From NCBI GenBank assembly GCA_051546255.1, contig CP128817.1, positions 1,612,001-1,676,000 on the forward strand: DNA of 64,000 bases, given 5' to 3'. The translations under genes and the position numbers were made by a program. This document shows, piece by piece, positions 39,452-50,141 of the stretch. Below the pieces are notes generated by a model. The model did not search any database. It was not told the DNA's origin and saw only the letters and a list, made by a program, of their open reading frames with translations. Source of the DNA: Meyerozyma guilliermondii (Eukaryota). How positions within the stretch are numbered: position 1 is the first letter of the stretch; the number at the start of each line of letters is the position of its first letter.

Positions 39452-39826
39452 TCAATGGTGATGTTCACCAACGGATGGGTATCCGATGATATGTCTTCTA
39501 CCAATTATTTCACCAACCGAGAAGAACGCCAACAAATGGGTACCGTATACAGCAGCCTTGACAGCGTCTTGTTTGGTTGGTTTGTATTGCGAAGCCTTGA
39601 CCAACGCATCCTTCTGCTGCTGTGGAGATTTGATGAATTTGAAAGCCGATTGGTAAACTTGTTCGAATTGCTTAGCCGATGGAGGAGCCAAACCTTCGTT
39701 CTTAAATACCAATTTACCAACCTCAGCAGTGACCTTGCCCCAGTATACGGCGTGGTTTGCGAGCTGCGTGGACTTGGAGACAGTGGTGTTGATAAGACCG
39801 GTGGCCTTGGAGATGATAGCAGACAT
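39452..39826 (-). CDS. ATP20: Mitochondrial ATP synthase subunit g
   Basis: VYWGKVTAEVGKLVFKNEGLAPP; FFSVGEIIGRRHIIGY. ATG at 39826. Confidence 0.93.
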   Translation of the reverse strand: MSAIISKATGLINTTVSKSTQLANHAVYWGKVTAEVGKLVFKNEGLAPPSAKQFEQVYQSAFKFIKSPQQQKDALVKASQYKPTKQDAVKAAVYGTHLLAFFSVGEIIGRRHIIGYPSVGEHHH

Positions 39827-39896
39827 GTTTAGTTGACCAGTGGTGGAGAATGCGGGAAATGAAAAATAGACCAAAGTGACACAAAACCGCCGTCGA

Positions 39897-39903
39897 CCAA
39901 TCA
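39897..39903 (+). promoter_or_regulatory. CCAAT box (Hap complex) upstream of ATP20
   Basis: CCAATCA about 70 nt upstream of a respiratory gene, in a 100-bp intergenic region. Confidence 0.45.
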
Positions 39904-39926
39904 TCTGATTATGTCATTCGCACCAA

Positions 39927-41363
39927 CTATATCTGCATTCCAAACCTATCGGGCAACACCACCGGTGCCAAAAGTGTCCATCCGTAGACTATGTAGCAGC
40001 ACCACGAGCAGACGATCTTGACCCAGCTGGAAAAATATGTTCTTCCCACCGGAACAAAATCTCCCAAATCATCTTCTTTAACATTTATAGTCAATAATGT
40101 AGCAACATACTGAGTCGCCAAGAAGAAGATTATGTGGAAAAGTGCATAGTTATACTTGACTTTGTGGACCTCTTCGCCTCCTATACCATCAGTGGCAATC
40201 TCATCGTATAGGTCTGCTTGGGTCAATGCTGATTCAGGCAACAGTCCTTCCTCTACTGCCTGTTTGACCGCCTGGTACCTCATTTCATTTCGTTCATATC
40301 TGGGTTGAGCCGGTAAATTTTCGTCGTCAAGGTCCTCAAACAACGCTGTATTTGCTGCTGCCCTCGTGGTGGTGTAAGCGACCGCAATAAATGTGAAAAA
40401 GGCTCCCAATACTATACTGGCAGTTCTGGTGCCTCGAGACCGAACCAATGGATTGCAAAATTTGTCATCTGGTTCTGCTGCCACAGCACTCATTACCAAG
40501 TATGTGCAGTAGAGCACTACCATGGAAGACTGAGCAAGACCAGCATGGGGATTTGATTCTTGGATGGTTTGGTTGATGGACATTCCTGATATGATTACCG
40601 AGAAAACACAGTTGATGGTTATGGCAGCGCGGTTCATGTGGCAGCCGCTGCTGGAGAAGAACCAGTACATAAGCACAGTCAACACAATACTGGATATGTA
40701 CATCACGAGAGTTCCTCCAATCAAGAGTTTCTTCCAGAATCCAGCACTGTATTCATCGTCGCCAGTGAGTTCTTCCAATTCAATTTTTTCAAGACATGTT
40801 TCAGCCCATGCGTGGGCAAAGTCCACAAGAAGAATCAAGCCAATTCCAAGGAAAATGGTCGAGAAAATTATGGCAATATAGTTGCCGTAAAACACAAAAA
40901 ACCCATCGGGAATCACCAAAAAGTTCACCACCAAAATTACAAGCCACGACAAAAGCTTGATCTTCCAGTATCCGTTCTGGATTACGGCACGAGGATTGCT
41001 TGTAGATTTGACATTCACAAGGAGTCCTGCCAAAGCCAAGTGGAGAAGTCCAAGAGCACAGTTGATACGGTATACCGAAGCAAAACTAATACATTCACTT
41101 CCGTCTGGTCCACACCAATTATTTATGAAGCCAAATGTGGCCCTTTCAAGTTTATGGACAATAAAAGGTGATAGCGCTATCCAAGAAAGCAAACAGTTGA
41201 TTAAGAGGAGGAAAGCATAGGTGATTCTGGTCATAATTGAAGATTGGAAAGTTCCACCTATAGTGGAGCAGAAGGCAGAACATGCCATAGCCCCGCAGCA
41301 GGAGGCTGCAGAGGAGGCCATCCACGACAAGGGAATAAGTGGTAGTGATATAGCAGCACCCAT
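39927..41363 (-). CDS. TMS1: Serinc/TMS membrane protein
   Basis: Cys-rich N-terminus (SCCGAMACSAFC); QNGYWKIK; GLILLVDFAHAWAETC; YNYALFHIIFFLATQY; WTLLAPVVLPDRF. ATG at 41363. Confidence 0.93.
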   Translation of the reverse strand: MGAAISLPLIPLSWMASSAASCCGAMACSAFCSTIGGTFQSSIMTRITYAFLLLINCLLSWIALSPFIVHKLERATFGFINNWCGPDGSECISFASVYRINCALGLLHLALAGLLVNVKSTSNPRAVIQNGYWKIKLLSWLVILVVNFLVIPDGFFVFYGNYIAIIFSTIFLGIGLILLVDFAHAWAETCLEKIELEELTGDDEYSAGFWKKLLIGGTLVMYISSIVLTVLMYWFFSSSGCHMNRAAITINCVFSVIISGMSINQTIQESNPHAGLAQSSMVVLYCTYLVMSAVAAEPDDKFCNPLVRSRGTRTASIVLGAFFTFIAVAYTTTRAAANTALFEDLDDENLPAQPRYERNEMRYQAVKQAVEEGLLPESALTQADLYDEIATDGIGGEEVHKVKYNYALFHIIFFLATQYVATLLTINVKEDDLGDFVPVGRTYFSSWVKIVCSWCCYIVYGWTLLAPVVLPDRFGMQI

Positions 41364-41670
41364 GATAAGATAGAGCGGACTGATTGTGTCAGGCTTAAAT
41401 GTGCATCCCAACACCAGCGAGAGAAGAAAGTACAAAGATTTCACTACCGTGAAAAATGAAAAAGTGAAGAAACTGAAGAAACTGAAGTGAAAAGTGAGTA
41501 CGAAGTGCGTAATGTACGACTACTAGGACAATTGGATGAGAACAAATATCCCATTTTAATATTGTATTATTGGCTATTTGGGCAGTTTGCAGCCGCCTCC
41601 AGCATCTCACACAGGTCATCGCGCATCGTTCGTGCATTTCTCGCATTCACTGTGCATATTACTGCAAGAC

Positions 41671-42867
41671 ATGTCTTTCAGAAAACGAGGAGAAATACTT
41701 GGCGGAGCACCAGGCACCAGGGCTGTGCCAGGTAGATTGAATTCCACATTGGTCTCTGGAAGGCAACCCCCTGTGCCAAAAGGGAGGCAAGTTCCAGTAA
41801 AACAAAATCCAACTATTCGTCCATCTACTATTACTTCACAGCCTTCTACTTCCACAGGCATTCCCGACTTGGACAAGATCTTACTCCATCTGGGGCTTCC
41901 ATTGGGCTCGTTTTTGGTTGTGGAAGAATCAGGAACCACGGATTTTGCTTCGGTAATCTCGAGATCTTTTGCATCGCAAGGTGTGGTGCACAGCCGTTTG
42001 GATAAAGATATCGTTCATTCTCATGTTATAGCCGTTGGTGTGCCTCCACAATGGGCATTGGAGCTTCCAGGAATTTATAAGGGCTCCACCAAGGAACAAA
42101 AACGAGCTGCGGTGGCTGCAAATGAATCTAAAATCAGCGTCTCGAACCTAGCTGAGCCCACCAGTGGTCGCTCAAATGACATGCGGATTGCCTGGAGATA
42201 TGGACTTAATAAGGAGAAGCAGCAGTCCTCCACCGAACCTGAAAACGAAACATTTGCCAATCAGTTTGACTTGACACAAAAATTGATGCCGACCCCCAAT
42301 GCTCACGAAGTATCCACCATACAAGTATCCGATGTCAATGCTATGGTAAAACAAATCAAGTCTACCATTGAATACCATATCAAGAAAACCCCATCTATTG
42401 TCATGAGAATTGTTATACCCAACTTGTTGCATCCAAGCATATACCCACCTCAATGGTCGACACCCAGTTTCATCATTCCATTTATTCATTCATTGCGGTC
42501 CTTGGTACGCCAATACCCACAAAATGTTGTTATCATAGCTTCTTTAGCCTTGGACTTGTATCCTCGAGACACTAATTTGATTTTCCAAATCGAGCAAATG
42601 GTGGATGCTGCAATTCATTTGCAGCCATTCAATCAAGAAATGACAGCCCTCATCGAAAAAGCTTACAAAAACGAGCCTGGGAAAGTGCAGCATGGATTGG
42701 TCAACGTAATCAAGATCCCAACTTTGTCGGAACGAGGAATGATGCTCATTCATGACGGTGAGTATGCGTTCAAGAATGGCCGCAAAAAGTTTGAAATCGA
42801 GCCGTGGGGGATCCCGGTCGAAGATGAGGAGCCGGAACAACAGACAAAGGAGAATATAGAGTTCTAG
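41671..42867 (+). CDS. ELP4: Elongator subunit Elp4
   Basis: MSFRKRGEIL; STGIPDLDKILLHLGLPLGS..VEESGTTDF; MRIAWRYG; EYAFKNGRKKFEIEPWGIPVED. Confidence 0.94.
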   Translation: MSFRKRGEILGGAPGTRAVPGRLNSTLVSGRQPPVPKGRQVPVKQNPTIRPSTITSQPSTSTGIPDLDKILLHLGLPLGSFLVVEESGTTDFASVISRSFASQGVVHSRLDKDIVHSHVIAVGVPPQWALELPGIYKGSTKEQKRAAVAANESKISVSNLAEPTSGRSNDMRIAWRYGLNKEKQQSSTEPENETFANQFDLTQKLMPTPNAHEVSTIQVSDVNAMVKQIKSTIEYHIKKTPSIVMRIVIPNLLHPSIYPPQWSTPSFIIPFIHSLRSLVRQYPQNVVIIASLALDLYPRDTNLIFQIEQMVDAAIHLQPFNQEMTALIEKAYKNEPGKVQHGLVNVIKIPTLSERGMMLIHDGEYAFKNGRKKFEIEPWGIPVEDEEPEQQTKENIEF

Positions 42868-43092
42868 CGTTTAATATGAAAAAATCTCATATACTTTGAG
42901 TCTTCGTTATCAACGAAAGACAGCTCTAGCTTCTTTTTTAGTGTCAATGAACGAAATGTGAATTCAAAATATGGCAATAAATTGCTTGGTATTCATTACT
43001 CGGACATAATAGCTAGTGTTAACTCGAATAATTTCACTCCTACTTTAAATTAGTAGATCATACATCAAGTTTAATTTGTCATAAGTTACGTA

Positions 43093-43560
43093 TTAATCTT
43101 TCTTCGTTAATCGTTTCAATATACTATCTTGTGTTTCTTCAATAGAGGCAATTCTGCTCTCCAATTCCTCGAGTCGATGCAATACCATCGCTTCAAATGT
43201 GATTGTCTTGACGTCTTTTTCATCGTCTACCTTCTGTCGCTTCGTATCTATTCCTTGTTCGAGCTCACGTATTTGTTGGCGCCTAATAGGAGATCCGCTC
43301 CGTTTGATGGAAAACGGACTTGAGGCTGTCAGAGATGGCTCGGCGCTTCGCTTGGGTGATCTGGTGGGTTTTGTGAGATTGGGAGGCTGAAGCAAGCTAT
43401 TGTGCATTTGTGGGGATGAGGTGGAATTTGGCAACTCGAACTTGACTTTGCGCTCTTGCGCTTCCAGTCGAGAGGGCCCTTTGGCAAAAACCTTGTATTC
43501 TTTCGACTCCTCTTTTGTGTTTCGAGAAGGAGGTCCCGCTAGGGGCAATTTTGAAGACAT
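43093..43560 (-). CDS. Hypothetical 155-aa protein: disordered N-terminus with RVxF and CDK motifs, C-terminal coiled coil
   Basis: ATG at 43560 fills an otherwise empty gap between ELP4 and MCM4; the upstream part of the track ORF is antisense to MCM4 and its promoter. Confidence 0.6.
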   Translation of the reverse strand: MSSKLPLAGPPSRNTKEESKEYKVFAKGPSRLEAQERKVKFELPNSTSSPQMHNSLLQPPNLTKPTRSPKRSAEPSLTASSPFSIKRSGSPIRRQQIRELEQGIDTKRQKVDDEKDVKTITFEAMVLHRLEELESRIASIEETQDSILKRLTKKD

Positions 43561-43634
43561 GACTTTGGCTTCTATAATGCTGGTGCATTGACAGTGTGTT
43601 GCACCTGCACTGCATATGCACGCTCGGGAGACAT

Positions 43635-43693
43635 CCCAATCGGGATAAATTACACGCGTCCTGCAATGCAGCCATCTTGACAGATTTCCGCGT
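43635..43693. promoter_or_regulatory. Mcm1/ECB-like site and MCB elements in the MCM4 divergent promoter
   Basis: CCCAATCGGG (CC-N6-GG) at 43635-43644; ACGCGT at 43654-43659; CGCGT at 43689-43693. Confidence 0.55.
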
Positions 43694-43732
43694 CGTTTTT
43701 CAATACACTTATCCTTCGGCAACTTTTCAGCC

Positions 43733-46441
43733 ATGTCTTCACCAAATGTTCCCTCGGACCACCCAGCGTCTGACTCGAACAATGCCTCGACAAATCAGGC
43801 CTCGAACTCTCAATCCCAATCACAATCACAGTCTCAGCCACAAGCTCATGTACCCTCATCGCCATTATTTTACGCTTCCTCGTCCAATCCTGCGTCAGAA
43901 GCTAATGCTCCGGCCACGGCAAGCACCCATGGAGGCATGTCGTCACCGTTGCACTATAGTTCGTCGGTGCACCACACCTCTGGAGGACTTGAACTGAGTC
44001 GTCGTTCTGATCGACTCACCAGTGATGTTGAAAGAATTGGCCGTCGCCATCAAAGAAGTGACTTGAATAACGATGTGATGTCGTCTCCGATGAGACGCCG
44101 AATGTTTGTTGATGAAACCAATTCTAATCCACAAAGTTCGTCATCCTTATTACCGTCCGACTCTGGTGCCGATGAGCCAGTTCGAGTGATTTGGGGAACC
44201 AATGTTTCAATTCAAGACTGTTCCAATGCGTTCAGAGACTTCTTAATGTCGTTCAGAATGAAATACAGAAGAGTGGCAGACCAGCAAGACGTGGGACCAG
44301 AAGATAACGAGCTCTTCTACATCACCCAATTGAATAATATGCGTGAACTCGGATTGAACAATTTAAATTTGGATGCTAAGAATCTTTTGGCTTTCCCCAC
44401 AACTCGCAAATTATACTACCAATTGATCAATTACCCACAAGAAGTGATTCCCATCATGGATCAAACAATCAAAGATTGTATGGTGGCATTGGTACTGGAT
44501 ACTCACGATGCCTCCACCAACTTGGACGATATTGAAACCAATATTTACACTGTAAGACCATACAATATCAATATTGTCGAGCGTGGAATGAGAGAGCTCA
44601 ATCCTAACGATATCGACAAATTGGTAAGCGTTAAAGGCTTGGTTTTACGATCTACTGCTATTATTCCAGATATGAAAGTGGCTTTTTTCAAATGCAATGC
44701 TTGCGACCATACCATTGCTGTGGAAATTGATCGGGGTGTAATTTCTGAGCCTACCAAGTGTCCTCGTGAGGTTTGTGGTCAAACCAACTCTATGATGATT
44801 ATCCATAATCGATCTTCTTTCGCTGATAAGCAAGTTATCAAGCTTCAAGAAACTCCAGATTTGGTTCCTGATGGCCAGACACCTCATTCCATCAATTTGT
44901 GCGTTTACGATGAACTTGTGGACTCGTGTCGTGCTGGTGATAGAATTGAGGTGTGTGGAATCTTCAGATCGTTACCGGTAAGAGCTAATGCCAGACAAAG
45001 AGGATTGAAAAGCTTGTATAAAACCTACTTGGATGTTGTTCACATAAAAAAAATCGACAAGAAGAGATTGGCTCCAGATACCACCACACTTCAGCTGGAG
45101 GTGACAGACCGTGAGCAGGAAGTGGAACAAGTTCGGAAACTTTCTGAAAAAGATATTGCCAAAATCAAAGATATTTCTCAACGTGATGATCTTTATGAAT
45201 TGTTAGCTCGGTCTTTGGCACCTTCGATCTACGAAATGGACGATGTTAAGAAAGGAATCTTGTTACAACTTTTTGGTGGAACCAACAAGACATTCAAAAA
45301 AGGCGGCAGGTACCGTGGAGATGTCAATGTGTTACTTTGTGGTGACCCTTCTACTTCTAAATCGCAATTGTTGCAATACGTTCACAAGATCGCTCCTCGT
45401 GGAGTCTACACTTCAGGAAAGGGTTCGTCTGCCGTTGGTTTGACGGCTTATATTACAAGAGACATTGATACCAAACAGCTTGTCCTTGAAAGTGGTGCGT
45501 TGGTTTTGTCCGATGGAGGTGTGTGTTGCATTGACGAATTCGACAAGATGAGCGATGCTACTCGTTCGGTGCTTCACGAGGTGATGGAACAGCAAACTAT
45601 ATCGATTGCAAAGGCAGGAATCATCACCACTTTGAATGCCAGAACTTCGGTATTAGCGTCTGCCAACCCTATCAATTCTCGATACGATCCCAATCTCCCA
45701 GTGACTTCCAACATTGATCTTCCTCCTCCGTTATTGTCCAGGTTCGATTTGGTCTATTTAATTCTTGACAAAGTTGATGAAAAAATCGACCGTCAGCTTG
45801 CAAGACACTTGACAGATATGTATCTCGAAGATGCCCCAGAAACCGTTAACACATCCTATGTTCTACCAGTCGACTTCTTGACGAGCTACATACAATATGC
45901 CAAGGAGAACTATGAGCCAGTGTTGACGGAAACTGCCAAACAAGAATTGGTCAAGTCTTATGTGGAGATGCGCAAGCTTGGTGATGATTCAAGAGCATCA
46001 GAAAGAAGAGTCACTGCCACCACTAGACAATTGGAGTCGATGATACGACTTTCAGAAGCCCATGCTAAGATGAGATTATCTGAGACGGTTGATTTAATCG
46101 ACGTCAAAGAAGCCGTACGGTTGATAAAGTCTGCCATTAAAGACTATGCTACTGACCCTATTACTGGAAGAATTGACATGGATATGGTCCAGACAGGTAC
46201 CACAGCAGCTCAAAGAAGAATGCAAGATGACTTGGCGGCCCAGGTTATGAATATTGTTGAAGCGCACAACAATTCTATTCGTTTTAACGACTTGATCCAC
46301 AGTGTGAACGAACTGTCTTCTATACGAGTTGAAAATAGCGACCTTATTGAAGCCATCAAAAGATTGCAGCATGAGGGAAAGTTGATAGAAACGGGTGAGA
46401 GTCATAGAAGAACCATCAAAAAGGTTGCGGGTATTGTTTAG
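43733..46441 (+). CDS. MCM4: Replicative helicase subunit Mcm4
   Basis: S/P-rich N-tail; RVIWGTNVS; zinc finger; GDPSTSKSQ; IDEFDKM; LLSRFDL; ATTRQLESMIRLSEAHAK. Confidence 0.98.
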   Translation: MSSPNVPSDHPASDSNNASTNQASNSQSQSQSQSQPQAHVPSSPLFYASSSNPASEANAPATASTHGGMSSPLHYSSSVHHTSGGLELSRRSDRLTSDVERIGRRHQRSDLNNDVMSSPMRRRMFVDETNSNPQSSSSLLPSDSGADEPVRVIWGTNVSIQDCSNAFRDFLMSFRMKYRRVADQQDVGPEDNELFYITQLNNMRELGLNNLNLDAKNLLAFPTTRKLYYQLINYPQEVIPIMDQTIKDCMVALVLDTHDASTNLDDIETNIYTVRPYNINIVERGMRELNPNDIDKLVSVKGLVLRSTAIIPDMKVAFFKCNACDHTIAVEIDRGVISEPTKCPREVCGQTNSMMIIHNRSSFADKQVIKLQETPDLVPDGQTPHSINLCVYDELVDSCRAGDRIEVCGIFRSLPVRANARQRGLKSLYKTYLDVVHIKKIDKKRLAPDTTTLQLEVTDREQEVEQVRKLSEKDIAKIKDISQRDDLYELLARSLAPSIYEMDDVKKGILLQLFGGTNKTFKKGGRYRGDVNVLLCGDPSTSKSQLLQYVHKIAPRGVYTSGKGSSAVGLTAYITRDIDTKQLVLESGALVLSDGGVCCIDEFDKMSDATRSVLHEVMEQQTISIAKAGIITTLNARTSVLASANPINSRYDPNLPVTSNIDLPPPLLSRFDLVYLILDKVDEKIDRQLARHLTDMYLEDAPETVNTSYVLPVDFLTSYIQYAKENYEPVLTETAKQELVKSYVEMRKLGDDSRASERRVTATTRQLESMIRLSEAHAKMRLSETVDLIDVKEAVRLIKSAIKDYATDPITGRIDMDMVQTGTTAAQRRMQDDLAAQVMNIVEAHNNSIRFNDLIHSVNELSSIRVENSDLIEAIKRLQHEGKLIETGESHRRTIKKVAGIV

Positions 46442-46453
46442 TTATGTATTTAT

Positions 46454-46963
46454 TTACAAGAATTTCAGCAGCGACCTTTCGGTATTACTTTGTGGACTCA
46501 CCACTTCCTCCTCATCTTCTTCGTCAAAGTTGAACAATTCGCTCAATTGCTCGTCCATTTCAATTTCGTTTACGGTGTTGTACTTGTGCTTTGTCAAAGT
46601 GCTTGCAATTTTGAGATCATGAGCTAAATCCACCTTTTCACCTCGCTTAAGTTTTTCAATAATATCTTCGTATATTGCAAATTTCGACTGATGGGCAAGT
46701 TTCAAACCTTCCAACTCTCGCCTCTGCTTGATGAGCTCGACAACTGCCGAACCAAAGAGTACCGTCAATATAACCGACTTGATGATTGGGGCACGAAAGA
46801 GCTCACGTACCGTAGGTCTTCGAGGCGTAGTTGTCGATGCATATCGTACATAACTGTGCATTACATGTACATTCTGCGTCATGCACAGATTTCTTTGGCG
46901 GAATCGGTGCATCATTTTTGACAGATTTTGGCTGCCAAACTTGGTTAAGGTGCATATTTTCAT
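46454..46963 (-). CDS. INA17: Inner-membrane assembly complex subunit 17 (Ina17/Aim43-like)
   Basis: Presequence-like N-terminus, one TM segment (PIIKSVILTVLFGSAVVEL), coiled coil, EKLKRGEKVD. Start may be 46915 or 46912. Confidence 0.65.
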   Translation of the reverse strand: MKICTLTKFGSQNLSKMMHRFRQRNLCMTQNVHVMHSYVRYASTTTPRRPTVRELFRAPIIKSVILTVLFGSAVVELIKQRRELEGLKLAHQSKFAIYEDIIEKLKRGEKVDLAHDLKIASTLTKHKYNTVNEIEMDEQLSELFNFDEEDEEEVVSPQSNTERSLLKFL

Positions 46964-47024
46964 GCTCTTTCCTGCATGGGTGCTGCGTGAGTGAATCGGT
47001 TCGATTGCATCTCACTTGGCTGCA

Positions 47025-48167
47025 ATGAAAGGTCCCAGAATAGAAATAGCACCCGACATCGCTACCAACTTCAACAGGTGTATTTGCATTACCATACTAG
47101 TGTTGACACTTTTTCACTTTTTTGTCAGCTATTTTACCAATTGGGGTCTATCGCTAGACGTAATTCATGAGCAACAAATTACTCCACAACATGATAGCGA
47201 AGAAGTACCCGACGTGGAGAAATTTTTACCACTTCTTACTTTCATTCCTGGCAAAACTCCTGTCATATCATATCCATGGGTTCTCGTTTCTTCTACTTTG
47301 ATTGAACGTGAAATAGCATTGCTCATTCTTGTGCCTTTGGTGGTTTTGGTATTTGGAAGCTATGTCGAGAAAATATGGGGGCTAAGAGAATATATGAGGT
47401 ACCTCGTGATAATCTCAATGCTTCCAAATGTATCATTATATTTCTACTATGAAACGAAATCCATATTGCTTTCTGAAACAAAACCTCCACTCATCTTTTC
47501 CGGCTTGTCAATGGCAATAGGAATTATCGTGGCAGCAACGAAATTGATCCCGAACCACCAGGTATATATATTTCAAGATAAGGGGTTTCGCATGAAGCTT
47601 TTTCCCTCCATTATTATGGGTATTTGTGGGGTAACCTATTACTTTAGCACCAACGATATTTACAAGGTGTTTTTCATGAAAGCTTATTTGGGGTTTCTTG
47701 TAAGCTGGACTTACTTGAGAATCTTTCAGAAAACAGCTTCAAGCGCCCAAATTGGCTTGCTTCCGCCGTTTGTTCCCAAGAAAAATCGACCAACAATTTC
47801 TCGAAAGAACGAGTTTCAGAATGGTCTTTTTTCTTTCAATTTGGACTTCAACGGTGATCGCTCAGCATCGTTTGCCTTGAGCAGCTTCTTTCCCTTTCCA
47901 CTTTCTGGGGCCATAGGAGATATTAGCAACCGAATGTTCTCGCTATTGGTAAAAGCTAAGATTATTAATGGTGATCACTTCGAAATAGTCGATAATGAAC
48001 CATCGTTGGTATCTAGTCTCAAAGCACTAGGTCTCTTCCAGACATCAGGAATGCGCACGAGAGCACAGCAAGCATGGAATTGGGCAAAAAGGAAGAAGCC
48101 GGGACACCATCAGCGAAGTTCAGTAACTGATGGGAAACGGAAACTTGCATTGGAAGGGCTAGAGTAG
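47025..48167 (+). CDS. TMEM115/YOL107W-like (DUF1751, rhomboid-like) membrane protein
   Basis: LTFIPG..SYPWVLVSSTLIE; GSYVEKIWGLREY; FLVSWTYLRIFQ; GDRSASFALSSFFP. Confidence 0.82.
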   Translation: MKGPRIEIAPDIATNFNRCICITILVLTLFHFFVSYFTNWGLSLDVIHEQQITPQHDSEEVPDVEKFLPLLTFIPGKTPVISYPWVLVSSTLIEREIALLILVPLVVLVFGSYVEKIWGLREYMRYLVIISMLPNVSLYFYYETKSILLSETKPPLIFSGLSMAIGIIVAATKLIPNHQVYIFQDKGFRMKLFPSIIMGICGVTYYFSTNDIYKVFFMKAYLGFLVSWTYLRIFQKTASSAQIGLLPPFVPKKNRPTISRKNEFQNGLFSFNLDFNGDRSASFALSSFFPFPLSGAIGDISNRMFSLLVKAKIINGDHFEIVDNEPSLVSSLKALGLFQTSGMRTRAQQAWNWAKRKKPGHHQRSSVTDGKRKLALEGLE

Positions 48168-48224
48168 GAAAATAGAATAGATAAGGTCGTATCACGACCC
48201 TAATGCATTGAATTCAAGATTCCT

Positions 48225-50141
48225 TCAAGATTCCACCACTTCCTCTTTGATTCCAACAATTTCCATCTGCCTTTTGATACATCCCAAGAGTACGTCGGGT
48301 CGATCGTACCACTCATTTGTCAACCTGTCAATGGTGAAACAGGATTCAATGTTGTGGAGTAAATGTGCTGCCTGTTTGTAATTCTTTAAAAGTGCCCATT
48401 CTTTTATAGATAATAAGTACCACAATGAAGCTTGCCTTTCTCTTTTGAGACCCATGGAGACGCTGGACGGTTCCATCTTGTTAGTATTTCGATAGAAGCC
48501 TTCCTTCGACTCTTCAGATTTGGCATCTTTTACGGAAATTGAAGTGCTCGGAAGAGAAGAGTAAACGCAATTTCCAAGACAATATCCAAGACGTTCATAT
48601 AACAACGCTCTGATGACTTGGACATCCGAAGCACTGTTACTTGTGGTGGACTCAAAATCAGCAACACACTTGCACAAATAACGTTCTATCAAGTCAGACC
48701 ACCACCAGGAGATATTGTATGCGTTGCACATACATAGAAGCAATTCTATAACCACTAGTGATGCCCTTATGCCATATGTTTTGATATTGAGCCGGGATTT
48801 GTAAGTGTATGCTAAGCTGTCCAAGTAAGGCTCAACAATGTCGTGCTTTATTTTCCGAAGGGTATTTTTATCGGGGGGAGTAATCTGGATGCTCTGTTGA
48901 GTTTGGGCAAGCAACAATGAAACAACACACATCTCCTGAGTTGACGCTACATATGCCCAAGCTCTATCGTTGTTGTACTCCTTTTTGATCAAGTCGTAGG
49001 TTGAGTATGCATACTTGAAATCTTTGAGGATCAACGACCAATCGGCCAATTTACGTATTGTCTGTTCAACGGAAGTTTTGTGGTAGTAATTTCCTTGGTG
49101 GTTGAAAGAGGTGCTTGACTGACCAGACCCAGAAGAATTATTTTCGTTATTAAACAATTTTTTGGAGACCGAGAAAAACCGACCGGTGAAAGACTTCTTT
49201 GGAGCCAATATCGAGTCGTCCCAATGCCTCACTTTTTCGGTCATATGCGGTATCAAATGCTTGTTTATGAACTCGTATAGCTTTTGTTTGATAGTAGAGT
49301 CCAAGGAATGCGGTATTTGTATTAGGTTTTCTTGAACTTTAGCGTTTTCTAGCGACAACCTTTGGAGGTCCTCCTCGATGGTGGAGTTTTCATGTTTGCT
49401 CAAAGTGATTAGGGGTGCCTCGTCGTCGAGCTGGGTCACGGCAATTGGTGATGACTGGATGCTAAGTTGTCTTCTAATGTCGGATTGGAATGTAGTTATG
49501 TCAACCTCGGATGCGACGTTGGGGTCGTATAGTATGAATACATGCATCAAAAGATCGTCAATTTGAAAGTATTTGGGAAAGTTGTAGTTCCGAAAGTCCA
49601 CTATAGTCTGGCGAAGAGACGCCAAAGTGTCTGTGTGGAAATCGATAACAAAAATTTGACATACTGGATGGTTGAAAGTCTCGAAAGGAACAATGCGATT
49701 GGAAGAAATAACTTTTGCAAAGAACTCAAGATACAAATCGTTCAGAGCATCTTCTTCAGATGCGATGTGTTGCATGAGTCCCTCCAATGAGGAGGCAGAG
49801 AAAAGTTGGCGTAATTTATTCAGATTCAGCTTGGATTCCGAGGCTTGAAGTACAGACAACTGTTCCACCAAACACAGCTGGAACCGGATAGGAAAGCTGG
49901 GGTAACTTCGAGTGATCAACAGTGTGTTGGTGATTTTAAATGCTTGGTTCGTCACACTATATTTGGCGTTATTGCCGTATGGTTCCAAAATCAGTAATGT
50001 TGAAAAACCTTCCTGATGTCGTACAGCATTTTGTATACGAGTATCAGCGCTGTGAGACGATTGCACCGACACCAGAGGAGAGTAGGCATGATGGAGCAAA
50101 TATTGTCTTGCCAAATAGGGATCTAGTCCCTGTATGGACAT
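48225..50141 (-). CDS. TRS85: TRAPPIII subunit Trs85
   Basis: PFETFNHPVCQIFVI; IRKLADWSLILKDFKYAYSTYDLIKKEYNNDRAWAYVASTQEM; ALLYERLGYC. ATG at 50141. Confidence 0.9.
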   Translation of the reverse strand: MSIQGLDPYLARQYLLHHAYSPLVSVQSSHSADTRIQNAVRHQEGFSTLLILEPYGNNAKYSVTNQAFKITNTLLITRSYPSFPIRFQLCLVEQLSVLQASESKLNLNKLRQLFSASSLEGLMQHIASEEDALNDLYLEFFAKVISSNRIVPFETFNHPVCQIFVIDFHTDTLASLRQTIVDFRNYNFPKYFQIDDLLMHVFILYDPNVASEVDITTFQSDIRRQLSIQSSPIAVTQLDDEAPLITLSKHENSTIEEDLQRLSLENAKVQENLIQIPHSLDSTIKQKLYEFINKHLIPHMTEKVRHWDDSILAPKKSFTGRFFSVSKKLFNNENNSSGSGQSSTSFNHQGNYYHKTSVEQTIRKLADWSLILKDFKYAYSTYDLIKKEYNNDRAWAYVASTQEMCVVSLLLAQTQQSIQITPPDKNTLRKIKHDIVEPYLDSLAYTYKSRLNIKTYGIRASLVVIELLLCMCNAYNISWWWSDLIERYLCKCVADFESTTSNSASDVQVIRALLYERLGYCLGNCVYSSLPSTSISVKDAKSEESKEGFYRNTNKMEPSSVSMGLKRERQASLWYLLSIKEWALLKNYKQAAHLLHNIESCFTIDRLTNEWYDRPDVLLGCIKRQMEIVGIKEEVVES

